Shown: piece by piece, positions 27,665 through 36,231 of the stretch
How the letters are laid out: the number at the start of each line of letters is the position of its first letter
Position numbering within the stretch: position 1 is the stretch's first letter
NCBI GenBank assembly: GCA_041742355.1
Contig: JBGSIV010000259.1
Coordinates: 1-37,259 of the forward strand
Length of the DNA: 37,259 nt
DNA from: Candidatus Zixiibacteriota bacterium
Lineage (GTDB): Bacteria > Zixibacteria > MSB-5A5 > GN15 > FEB-12
Direction of reading: 5' to 3'
The notes under the pieces: model-generated
Told to the model about the DNA's origin: nothing
Seen by the model: only the letters and a program-made list of their open reading frames with translations
Databases searched by the model: none
Translations under genes and position numbers: made by a program

Positions 27665-30600
27665 ATGTTCAAACGTACAATCAGCACTCTTGCCGCTGTT
27701 CTGGCGTGCTCGGCGCTCGCGAGCCAGGCCTTTGCGATTGCCATGCCCGACCGCCCCGTGGCTTTCCCTGCAGACACTGCGACGATCAAGTCCATCGCGG
27801 AGTCCTGGCCCGCTGCCTACGGCCTGCATACTACTGACCTCATCAGAGCATCCTTTGACTGCTACGGCCACTTCGGGGCCGGGTTCACGCCGGCGACGAC
27901 CCACCCATCGTTTGAAGTGATCCCCGACAACGACGCATCGTACCTCTTCGCCGGAGCGATCTGGGTCGGCGGCATTGTCGGAAACGACACCCTTGTATCC
28001 ACCGGATCCGACGGCTGGGTGGGCCTTCAAGAGATGTTTCCGCCGGGGAATCCGCCTGTGCCGTCCGTCACCCGCCTCGCCCATCCTTTGAGCAGCGGTG
28101 CCCTGCGTGCCGAATTCACCGACACCAACGTGACCCTTGCCGGCGCTGATGAGGACGGGCGGATACACATCCCCCTGTGGCTGAACATGAGAAGTCGCAG
28201 CTACGTCTGGAATACCGACACAACGGGGGGCATCGTCATCTACGACCTCGTCCTTACCAACGTAGGTACGCAGATCATTCACGAAGGCTATATCGGCTTC
28301 TACATGGACGCCGATGTCTGCCGCGATTGTTATGAAGCGGGTGGTTTCGATGATGACCTGTGCGGCTTCCTTGCCGATTCGGCCATTGCCTACATCATTG
28401 ACAACAACGGCGATCCCGATATCTTCCTGCCGGAGCAACCGTTTACCGTGCCCCGTGCATTCGGCTTCCGATTTCTCGCGTCGACTGTCAGTCTCGACAG
28501 CCTTGCGTTCAACTGGTGGATCAGCAATGGGCAGGCTGCCTTCGATTTCGGCCCGCGCCATCATGGCGCACCCGCCTTCCCCAGTGGTGGAACCGGGACA
28601 CCGGTCACCGATCGCATCAAATACCATGTCCTGAGCAATGGTGAGATCGATTACGACCAGATCTTCACCAAATCCATCACCCCAGGGGACTCCGTGTGGG
28701 AGTATCCGCCGCAGCCCCTTGTCGTAGATTTCAGCGACGGGTACGATACCCGTTTCCTCCTCTCGCTCGGCCCACTCGACCTTGCCCCCGGGCAAAGCGG
28801 ACGAGTTTTGTTTGCGACTTTCGTCTCGGACTCCGTCCACGTGGACCCGTCCAACGCCGCCAACCTCCTGAACAATCCCCAGGCCTATCTCTCCGGGCTG
28901 GATTTCAGCAGCCTCTATGAAACCGCCACCGCCGCTTTGAACCTGGTTCCCGTCCTGCTCGATCCATCCGCTCCCCCCACACGGCTGGAGCTCACGGACA
29001 ACGAAGGGTCGGCGGTCGAAGTGGCATGGGATCCCTGGATCTTTCCCGGCATCGATGGCTACTCCCTGGAGTTCGGCGAGATTTCTCCCGGCGACCTCCC
29101 GTATCCCGGAGTGATCCCGCCGTGGTACATTCCCCCCGTGTCCGTCACAACCGTAACTCCGGGACCCGACATCACGAGCCACCGGTTTGAAGGCCTTGAC
29201 CCAGAGGCGGTCTATTCAATTCGGATTGCCCATGTCACCGCCGGTGGAACTCAGACGTACGGCCCTCCTCTGTATGTACGACCCATTGGTACCGCTGCCG
29301 GACCGGTGATTAACCCCGAGTTCACTTTCTACCTGCCGGGGAACGCAGTCAATCTCGAATGGACGCCTCCGGGGGGGATGGTCGATCACTACAATATTTA
29401 CCGCTTCGATGACACGCTGCCCGAGTACCAGGTTCACCACGCCTTCTACGACAGCGGCGCAGCACTCGCGTACCTCCCCTTTGACGACATCCACGTGGAA
29501 GGAACCGACACGTTCTACTACTACGCCATTGAGCCTTTTGCCTCCGCCCCAGGATTCCAGCCGCAGTTCTCCGATGGCGCACCGATCGATGGCGGCGTGT
29601 ATGTGATCAGCGCGGTCGATGATGACGGCTTCGAATCCGCCTTCACGGGATATGTCGAGGCGGTCGAAACACCTGCGCGCGAACACGACATCCTTGTTGT
29701 CACCCACAACAACCGAACCACCACCGCGATGATGGTGTGGGATTCAGTGCAGGCGTTTTACCAGAAGGTTCTGGATGGCTACGATTACGCGTTGTACAAC
29801 TGGGCCGATACCGCGACCGGCGGCTGCGGCCAGAACGGTTACGACTGCGTCGACTGGCGTGATTTCATGCGTTATCGTCTGCTGATCATCGATGACGACA
29901 TCATCGAGAGGGCCTTCAACCTCAATTACGAAAGACTGACCCGGGGCTTCACCAAGGCTGTCCTGTCGGGAACTTCGATGGCCTACTTCGGATCGCTCAC
30001 CGGCATGCTCAACGTGAGCATCACCACCGCTCCGGGTTGGTACCCTACCGATCAATCGTATTTCGCCAGTCGGTTCTTGCCGATTTCGTCGGAGTACTAT
30101 GCCGGCCCGGGGTACTTCGTCACCCACCCGCCCAAGGTGGACAACGTCTTTGGATTTGCCCGGGCGCACTCCCTTGTCGACACGATCCCGTCACTGCGCT
30201 TCTGGCCGCACCCCAGCCCCTTTTCCGCCTATGAGCGTCAACTTTGGCCGCCCGAGACACCGCCGTCGGTCTCTGTCTTCACCGCGACCGGGGGTGAGGT
30301 TACACACATTGCCGAGGTTCTGCCGGGCGCTCCCACCAGCCAACTGAAGGACCAGGCTGTGGGGCTTCAGTTTCCAGGTCCTCTCGGACAGCCGATGTTC
30401 CTCTACGGCTTCCACCTCTGGTATATGAACCCTTACGAAGCACAAGGTTTGATTCACAGCATCATGCCGGGACCATGCTGCCGGATACCGGGCAACGCCG
30501 ACGGCCTGGCGGGCGGCACGTACCCGGTTGCGATCGGTGATCTTTCCTTCCTGGTCGCCGCCCTCTTCAAGGACGGCCCACAGCCACCGTGCCCTGAAGA

Positions 30601-30700
30601 GGGAGATGTCGATGGTTCCGGTTCACTCAATATTGCCGACGTGACCTTTCTTGTCCATCTTCTGTTTAAGGCCGGGCCACAACCACCGCCATGCCCGTGA
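27665..30700 (+). CDS. Large secreted multidomain protein (about 1011 aa) with FN3-like segments and a C-terminal dockerin-like module
   Basis: SD GAGGAGG before ATG 27665; signal peptide MFKRTISTLAAVLACSALASQAFA; FN3-like PSAPPTRL...VEVAW...GLDPEAVYSIRI; C-terminal CC..GNADG..IGDLSFLV..LF..GP.PPC..GDVDGSGSLNIADVTFLV..LF..GP.PP.C. Confidence 0.85.
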   Translation: MFKRTISTLAAVLACSALASQAFAIAMPDRPVAFPADTATIKSIAESWPAAYGLHTTDLIRASFDCYGHFGAGFTPATTHPSFEVIPDNDASYLFAGAIWVGGIVGNDTLVSTGSDGWVGLQEMFPPGNPPVPSVTRLAHPLSSGALRAEFTDTNVTLAGADEDGRIHIPLWLNMRSRSYVWNTDTTGGIVIYDLVLTNVGTQIIHEGYIGFYMDADVCRDCYEAGGFDDDLCGFLADSAIAYIIDNNGDPDIFLPEQPFTVPRAFGFRFLASTVSLDSLAFNWWISNGQAAFDFGPRHHGAPAFPSGGTGTPVTDRIKYHVLSNGEIDYDQIFTKSITPGDSVWEYPPQPLVVDFSDGYDTRFLLSLGPLDLAPGQSGRVLFATFVSDSVHVDPSNAANLLNNPQAYLSGLDFSSLYETATAALNLVPVLLDPSAPPTRLELTDNEGSAVEVAWDPWIFPGIDGYSLEFGEISPGDLPYPGVIPPWYIPPVSVTTVTPGPDITSHRFEGLDPEAVYSIRIAHVTAGGTQTYGPPLYVRPIGTAAGPVINPEFTFYLPGNAVNLEWTPPGGMVDHYNIYRFDDTLPEYQVHHAFYDSGAALAYLPFDDIHVEGTDTFYYYAIEPFASAPGFQPQFSDGAPIDGGVYVISAVDDDGFESAFTGYVEAVETPAREHDILVVTHNNRTTTAMMVWDSVQAFYQKVLDGYDYALYNWADTATGGCGQNGYDCVDWRDFMRYRLLIIDDDIIERAFNLNYERLTRGFTKAVLSGTSMAYFGSLTGMLNVSITTAPGWYPTDQSYFASRFLPISSEYYAGPGYFVTHPPKVDNVFGFARAHSLVDTIPSLRFWPHPSPFSAYERQLWPPETPPSVSVFTATGGEVTHIAEVLPGAPTSQLKDQAVGLQFPGPLGQPMFLYGFHLWYMNPYEAQGLIHSIMPGPCCRIPGNADGLAGGTYPVAIGDLSFLVAALFKDGPQPPCPEEGDVDGSGSLNIADVTFLVHLLFKAGPQPPPCP

Positions 30701-30801
30701 TCATCGGTCTGCGGCTTTTCGTTGCTCCGGTCCCCTGCGCCGCGTAACAATGTATGTGGCAGGGAAAGCACCTGTTTATGAGACAAACCAGGGGGTAGAC
30801 T

Positions 30802-31359
30802 ATGAACCGCCTGTCCATGCCCGTGATCGCGTATGAACTCAACGGCGATGATCGCATCACCGCCGTCAGCAGTGATTGGGCCGAATTCGCGGCCGGAAAC
30901 GACGCCCCGGAACTCACCCCCGGCAATGTCCTGGGCAAGCTCATTTATGACTTCATTGCGGGCGATGATGTCAAGGAGCTCTACCGCATCCTCCTCCGTC
31001 GCGTGCGTGACTCGGAGGAACCCCTCATGTACCCGTTCCGCTGCGACGGCCCCGTTGTCCGCCGCTATATGACCATGCACATCCGCGCTCGGGCGCACCG
31101 CCTGGTGGATATCACCTGTATCACCAACCGGGTCGAACCCCGCGATCCGATCCCGCTTCTCGACCGCAGGGCCCGGCGCACCCGTCTGCCGGTTCCGATT
31201 TGCAGTTCCTGCAACTCGGTACGCCTCGGCATATCGCACTGGGTCGAGGCCGATGAAGCCATCCGGCAACTGCATTGGTTCGACCTCGATGACCAGCCCG
31301 CCCTCTCGCACACGATCTGTGAGCGCTGCCTTGCTGAGAAATATAGCCTCCTCCCGTGA
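30802..31359 (+). CDS. Hypothetical protein with a PAS-like N-terminus and a CxxC...HxxCxxC putative Zn-binding C-terminus
   Basis: YELNGDDRITAVS..W...VLGKLIYDFI, FRCDGP, PICSSC...W...SHTICERC; SD AGGGGG. Confidence 0.75.
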   Translation: MNRLSMPVIAYELNGDDRITAVSSDWAEFAAGNDAPELTPGNVLGKLIYDFIAGDDVKELYRILLRRVRDSEEPLMYPFRCDGPVVRRYMTMHIRARAHRLVDITCITNRVEPRDPIPLLDRRARRTRLPVPICSSCNSVRLGISHWVEADEAIRQLHWFDLDDQPALSHTICERCLAEKYSLLP

Positions 31360-31426
31360 GAAGCGCTTCACATGACCAAAGGAGCGCTCTTTCATTCCGG
31401 CATTCCCCAGGGCCCCGGAATACCCC

Positions 31427-31455
31427 TTGGCGGGATCGTCAAGCGGGTCTATATT
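31427..31455 (+). promoter_or_regulatory. Candidate sigma70 promoter for the 31564 gene
   Basis: TTGGCG-N17-TATATT in the intergenic gap. Confidence 0.45.
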
Positions 31456-31563
31456 GAACGTGGAATCCTAAGCAGATAATTCCACCTTGTGCGCCTGTGC
31501 TGTCGCCGTGGCGGCCGGCAGAGGTCGTTTCCATGGCTCTTCGCGGGCAAGGGAGGATCGGGT

Positions 31564-32343
31564 ATGAACAGGGTCTATCTTCTGATCATCTTCATCGTCA
31601 CTGTTCTACCGTTGGCCGCTGTAGTCGCCAATGACAGCGTCGTCATCGACAAGGTCGTCCAGAACGGCGTCACAGTCGGCGGAGGCAAGGTCATCGCCGG
31701 CCTGCCGGTTACACTCAGTGTGCGACTCAATGTCGAAACCGATATGATTCCCGGACTGAACAACGCTTTCGCCATCTACTCCACCCGCAACGGCGTCTAC
31801 ACCGACAGCTTCGATCCGGCTGCCGGATACTGGTTGCCCGGGTCGTACTTTGAAGAGCCGAACCGATTCGTGAATTCCCTCTCCTGCGACGGAGCGGGCC
31901 GGGATACGGTTAGGTTCAGCGGTTTCGCATTAGGGATCGGTATCCCCATTGGCGTGCGCCGCTGCTTCTCCATCACTACCGGCAACTTCGTCGCCGGCGA
32001 TACGCTTGGCGTTGACTCAGTTTCAACTCTATCTTCACCAAACGATCTATGGCTCTGGTCCACCAATAGCGGTGACATCTTCCCCGACTGGCCCGGGCCG
32101 TACGCCTTTCCCGTGGTGGACTGCTGTGCTTTCGCCGGGGACTGCGATTTCGACGGCCAGTTCACGGTAACCGACCTGGTCATTATGGGCCGCTTCTTCT
32201 TCCGGCCCGGCACCACACTGCTGTGTGACGAGGTCGTCAACGTCGACGGCAGCACGGGGCTTAACCCGCTAACCGTCGCCGATATCACGTACATGATTAA
32301 CTTTCTCTTCAAAGGCGGCCCGCCGCCGGTGGCCTGCGAGTAA
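31564..32343 (+). CDS. Secreted protein (about 259 aa) with a cohesin-like beta domain and a C-terminal dockerin-like module
   Basis: SD GGGAGG before ATG 31564; signal peptide MNRVYLLIIFIVTVLPLAAVVA; beta-strand-rich middle; tail CCAFAGDCDFDGQFTVTDLV...C...NVDG...LTVADITYMINFLFKGGPPPVAC. The cohesin assignment is inference. Confidence 0.8.
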   Translation: MNRVYLLIIFIVTVLPLAAVVANDSVVIDKVVQNGVTVGGGKVIAGLPVTLSVRLNVETDMIPGLNNAFAIYSTRNGVYTDSFDPAAGYWLPGSYFEEPNRFVNSLSCDGAGRDTVRFSGFALGIGIPIGVRRCFSITTGNFVAGDTLGVDSVSTLSSPNDLWLWSTNSGDIFPDWPGPYAFPVVDCCAFAGDCDFDGQFTVTDLVIMGRFFFRPGTTLLCDEVVNVDGSTGLNPLTVADITYMINFLFKGGPPPVACE

Positions 32344-32360
32344 GCATCATAGACTCCATT

Positions 32361-32390
32361 AACCCGGCCACTCGGTCGGGTTTTCCATTT
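32361..32390 (+). terminator. Intrinsic terminator
   Basis: AACCCGGCC-ACTC-GGTCGGGTT stem-loop followed by TTCCATTT. Confidence 0.65.
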
Positions 32391-32472
32391 CACCCCGAAA
32401 CTGTAAGCCGCATTGTTGCAATAGAATACGTTCCTTGTCCCGTAAAAAGTCCATGCGGGGCCATACTTTCAC

Positions 32473-32500
32473 TTGCCAAATCAAAATATCTTGCTAAACT
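32473..32500 (+). promoter_or_regulatory. Candidate sigma70 promoter of the decarboxylase operon
   Basis: TTGCCA-N16-TAAACT with an extended -10 TG, in an AT-rich stretch about 45 nt upstream of the ATG at 32544. Confidence 0.55.
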
Positions 32501-32512
32501 ACCACCCGAACT

Positions 32513-32530
32513 ATGTGAAATTTGTAACAA
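32513..32530 (+). promoter_or_regulatory. Candidate Rex- or CRP/FNR-type operator
   Basis: ATGTGAAATTTGTAACAA = TGTGA-N6-TAACA (1 mismatch to TGTGA-N6-TCACA; 3 to Rex TTGTGAA-N4-TTCACAA), located between the -10 box and the RBS. Confidence 0.45.
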
Positions 32531-32543
32531 GGACTTTGCTTTT

Positions 32544-34094
32544 ATGGCCGATCCCCGAATAGACGCCCTCCGCAAAAAACGGGCAGAACTCCAGGCAGGC
32601 GGCGGCCCCAAAGCTATCGAAAAGCAGCACGAACGCGGCAAACTCACCGCCCGCGAACGCATCGACCTGCTTTTCGAGCCGGGCACGTTCCGCGAATCCC
32701 TCCTCTTCATCAAACACCGGTCTACCGCTTTCGGTATGGACGGGAAGGAATTCCCCGGCGAAGGGGTGATCTGCGGCCACGGCATCATCGATGGCCGCCC
32801 GATTTATGTCGCCAGCCAGGACTTCACAGTCGGCGGCGGCGCGGTTGGCGAAATGACCGGGCGGAAAATCCGCGAGGCGATGGACGCCGCCCTCAAGACC
32901 GGCGATCCCTTCGTCATGATCAACGACTCCGGCGGCGCCCGCATTCAGGAAGGCGTCGACTCCCTCCAGGGCTACGGCCACATCTTCTACCGCAACGTCC
33001 TCCTCTCCGGCGTGGTACCGCAGATCAGCATTATCGCCGGCCCGTGCGCCGGCGGTGCGGCCTACTCCCCCGCCCTCACCGACTTCATCATACAGGTCCG
33101 CCATGAGGGCCAGCTCTACATCACCGGCCCCCTCGTGATCAAGCAGGTCACCGGCGAAGACATCTCGGCCGAACAGCTCGGCGGCGTCGAAAGCCATGCC
33201 TATTACTCCGGCGTCGTGCACTTCATCGCCGAGGACGACGAAGACGCGATCAACATCACCCGCCGCCTCCTGTCATTTCTGCCGAGCAACAACACCGAGG
33301 ATCCGCCGTTCGCGCCGCACCAGCACGACGACGTTGTCGTTCCCAATCCATCGATGAACACCGTGATCCCCGAGGATCCGAGCGAACCGTACGACATGCG
33401 CGAGGTGATTGCCGGCCTGGTCGACAACGGTGACTTCATGGAAGTGATGGAGCATTTTGCTCCCAACATTCTCATCGGGTTCGCCCGCCTCACCGGCTAC
33501 ACCATCGGCATCGTCGCCAACCAGCCGATGCAGAAAGCCGGCGTGCTCGACATCGACTCCTCCGACAAGGGCGCCCGCTTCATCCGTTTCTGCAACGCGT
33601 TCAATATTCCGATTCTCACCCTCGTCGATGTCCCCGGCTTCATGCCCGGCGTCGAGCAGGAATACGGCGGGATCATCCGCCATGGCGCGAAGATGCTCTT
33701 CGCTTATGCCTCGGCCACCGTGCCAAAGATTACCGTCGTCGTGCGCAAAGCCTACGGCGGCGCCTACCTCGCCATGTGTGCGAAGTCGATGGGGGCCGAC
33801 CTCCTGTGCGCTTGGCCCTCCGCCGAAATCGCCGTTATGGGCGCCGAAGGCGCGGTCAACGTCCTTTACCGCAAGGAAATCTCCGAAGCGGCCAACCCCA
33901 ACGAGGAACGCGCCCGCCGGATCAAGGAGTACAAGGAGATCTTCGCCAATCCCTACGCCGCCGCGGCCCACGGACTGGTCGACGAAATCCTCGAACCGGC
34001 CGACACGCGCCCATACATCGCCCAGGCCCTCGAAGTGCTCAAGGCAAAACGCGAACTGCGGCCGCAGAAAAAACACGGCCTCATTCCGCTATAA
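32544..34094 (+). CDS. mmdA: Acyl-CoA carboxyltransferase, methylmalonyl-CoA decarboxylase alpha-subunit type
   Basis: GKLTARERIDLL, NDSGGARIQEG, GPCAGGAAYSPALTD, VDVPGFMPG, RKAYGGAY, KKHGLIPL; co-operonic with a Na+-pump beta subunit. Confidence 0.9.
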   Translation: MADPRIDALRKKRAELQAGGGPKAIEKQHERGKLTARERIDLLFEPGTFRESLLFIKHRSTAFGMDGKEFPGEGVICGHGIIDGRPIYVASQDFTVGGGAVGEMTGRKIREAMDAALKTGDPFVMINDSGGARIQEGVDSLQGYGHIFYRNVLLSGVVPQISIIAGPCAGGAAYSPALTDFIIQVRHEGQLYITGPLVIKQVTGEDISAEQLGGVESHAYYSGVVHFIAEDDEDAINITRRLLSFLPSNNTEDPPFAPHQHDDVVVPNPSMNTVIPEDPSEPYDMREVIAGLVDNGDFMEVMEHFAPNILIGFARLTGYTIGIVANQPMQKAGVLDIDSSDKGARFIRFCNAFNIPILTLVDVPGFMPGVEQEYGGIIRHGAKMLFAYASATVPKITVVVRKAYGGAYLAMCAKSMGADLLCAWPSAEIAVMGAEGAVNVLYRKEISEAANPNEERARRIKEYKEIFANPYAAAAHGLVDEILEPADTRPYIAQALEVLKAKRELRPQKKHGLIPL

Positions 34095-34109
34095 GGCCGG
34101 AGAAACACA

Positions 34110-34469
34110 ATGGAGATCACGAGCGATTTCAACATCTGGCTCTTCGTCGTCGTCGGCGTACTCATCGTCTTCACCGCCCTCGCCATTATCGCCACCGCCA
34201 TAGCCGTGATCCGTCGGCTCGACGCCGGCTGGCAGGCGAAGGAAACGGAAGCCGATGAGGCCGCGTTCGGCAAAGACCAGACAATCGACAACACTACCCT
34301 CGTCCTGATCATCGCCGCCGTGTCGACCATGATCCAGGGACGATTCCATATCCAGCGGGTCCGCCGCCTGATGCCCTCGGACGCACCGGGGGGCGGCTGG
34401 TCTGCTCACGGACGCGCTATCCTGCACGGCTCCCATGTCGTGCAGAAGAAGCGCCCCTATCCCTACTAA
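34110..34469 (+). CDS. mmdD: OadG/MmdD-like membrane-anchor (delta) subunit
   Basis: N-terminal TM GVLIVFTALAII, then LIIAAVS and C-terminal WSAHGR; lies between the alpha subunit and the biotin carrier. Confidence 0.78.
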   Translation: MEITSDFNIWLFVVVGVLIVFTALAIIATAIAVIRRLDAGWQAKETEADEAAFGKDQTIDNTTLVLIIAAVSTMIQGRFHIQRVRRLMPSDAPGGGWSAHGRAILHGSHVVQKKRPYPY

Positions 34470-34502
34470 GGCTCGCACAGTGAAGGATTCAGGAGTCGTA
34501 CG

Positions 34503-34895
34503 ATGAAACTCAGAATAACGGTCCACGGTGTCGCTTACGAAGTCGACGTCGAAGTGCTCGATGCAGGCGAAGGTTTCCCGATTACCGGCGCGGCCCGCCC
34601 GCGCGGCAAGCAGCCGTCCGGCCCCGGCACTCCCAGTACCCCGCTTGGCCCGCGTCAGAGCGCCGGTCCCGCCGCTTCGGATGCCGGCTCGGTCGCCTCT
34701 CCCATCGCCGGTATTATCGTCGAAATCAAATGCAAGATCGGCGACCAGGTGAAAACCGGCGACGTCGTTCTGATTATCGAAGCAATGAAAATGAAGACGT
34801 CGATCGCCGCGCCGAGCTCGGGCAAGGTCAAGGCGATCCCCGTCGCGGTCGGCGACAACGTCCGCGAAAACCAAATTCTCGTCGAATTCGAATAG
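34503..34895 (+). CDS. mmdC: Biotin carboxyl carrier (gamma) subunit
   Basis: MKLRITVHGVAYEVDVE N-terminus, Pro/Ala linker and biotinylation motif EAMKM. Confidence 0.92.
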   Translation: MKLRITVHGVAYEVDVEVLDAGEGFPITGAARPRGKQPSGPGTPSTPLGPRQSAGPAASDAGSVASPIAGIIVEIKCKIGDQVKTGDVVLIIEAMKMKTSIAAPSSGKVKAIPVAVGDNVRENQILVEFE

Positions 34896-34922
34896 CGGGC
34901 GTCTTCCGCACGGAGCGACACA

Positions 34923-36047
34923 ATGGACATGCTGCTCAATTTCCTCCAGCAGGGGGCGTTCTTCAATTTCACCTGGGGCAATCTGGCCATGATCATCGCC
35001 GGGTGCGTCTTCCTCTATCTCGCGCTCGCCCATGGCTATGAACCGCTGCTCCTCATTCCGATCGGATTCGGCATCCTCGTCGGCAACATTCCTATCGCCG
35101 CCGGCCAGGAAATCGGCATTTACGAAGAGGGGAGCGTGCTCTCTATCCTCTACCTGGGTGTGACTCAGGGCTGGTATCCGCCGCTTATCTTTCTCGGCAT
35201 CGGCGCGATGACCGACTTCTCCGCTATGCTCGCCAGCCCCCGCCTGATCCTCCTCGGAGCCGCCGCCCAGCTCGGCATCTTTCTCACTTTCCTCGGTGCC
35301 GTCTGGCTCGGTTTTGATTTCCACGCCGCCGCCTCAATCGGCATCATTGGCGGGGCCGACGGCCCCACCGCCATCTTCCTGACCTCGAAACTCGCCCCGC
35401 ACCTTCTCGGCGCAATCGCCGTCTCAGCCTACTCCTATATGGCCCTGGTCCCGGTCATCCAGCCGCCGATCATCAAACTGCTCACCACCCGCAACGAACG
35501 GCTGATCAAAATGAAACCGGCCAAGCCCGTGAGCAAACGCCTCCGGGTGCTCTTCCCCATCATGGCCTTCCTCATTACCTGCTTCATTGCGCCCGGCGCA
35601 CTCGTCCTCCTGGGCATGCTCTTCTTCGGCAACCTGCTCAAGGAATCCGGCGTCACCGAGCGTCTCGCGGCTACCGCCCGCACCGCGTTCATCGACATCG
35701 TCACAATCCTCCTCGGCCTGACTGTCGGCGCCTCGACCGACGCCAGCCGCTTCCTCACGCCTGATTCAATCAAAGTGTTCGCGCTGGGTGCAACCTCATT
35801 CGCGCTGGCCACCGCCGGCGGCGTGCTCTTTGCCAAAGTGATGAACCTGTTCACGAAGAATAAGATCAACCCGATCATCGGCGCGGCCGGCGTTTCTGCC
35901 GTTCCTCACTCCGCCCGCGTCTGCCAGGTATTGGGCGCCAGGGAAGATCCGAATAACTATCTGATTATGCACGCGATGGCGCCTAATGTCGCCGGGGTCA
36001 TTGGCTCTGCCGTCGCCGCCGGCGTGCTGCTTGCCACCTTCGGCTGA
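34923..36047 (+). CDS. mmdB: Na+-translocating decarboxylase beta subunit (OadB/MmdB)
   Basis: YEPLLLIPIGFG, GIGAMTDF, IGIIGGADGPT, AYSYMALVP, GVSAVP, NVAGVIGSA. Confidence 0.95.
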   Translation: MDMLLNFLQQGAFFNFTWGNLAMIIAGCVFLYLALAHGYEPLLLIPIGFGILVGNIPIAAGQEIGIYEEGSVLSILYLGVTQGWYPPLIFLGIGAMTDFSAMLASPRLILLGAAAQLGIFLTFLGAVWLGFDFHAAASIGIIGGADGPTAIFLTSKLAPHLLGAIAVSAYSYMALVPVIQPPIIKLLTTRNERLIKMKPAKPVSKRLRVLFPIMAFLITCFIAPGALVLLGMLFFGNLLKESGVTERLAATARTAFIDIVTILLGLTVGASTDASRFLTPDSIKVFALGATSFALATAGGVLFAKVMNLFTKNKINPIIGAAGVSAVPHSARVCQVLGAREDPNNYLIMHAMAPNVAGVIGSAVAAGVLLATFG

Positions 36048-36074
36048 GCCGGGCCTCTTCGACCACACAACGAT

Positions 36075-36100
36075 CGGAGGCGGGCGAGTGTCCGCCTCCG
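36075..36100 (+). terminator. Probable terminator hairpin after the decarboxylase operon
   Basis: 11-bp stem CGGAGGCGGGC-GAGT-GTCCGCCTCCG; the U-tail is weak. Confidence 0.6.
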
Positions 36101-36202
36101 CATTACTTCGCCTCTCCTCCCCGAGAGCTCCTTCAACATTTAGTCACGAGCGCAGAATTCGCACTCACAGCCTGTTTGCACGCATCAAATACCACAAATG
36201 CC

Positions 36203-36231
36203 TTGACAATCGGCATGGAATGTGATATGTA
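36203..36231 (+). promoter_or_regulatory. Candidate sigma70 promoter
   Basis: Perfect TTGACA, a 17-nt spacer ending in TGA, and an imperfect -10 TATGTA. Confidence 0.4.

Noticed and set aside
27536..29182. 548-aa minus-strand ORF
   Set aside because: Antisense to the secreted protein, which has the promoter, SD and signal peptide.
34089..35324. 411-aa minus-strand ORF
   Set aside because: Antisense to three well-supported decarboxylase subunit genes.
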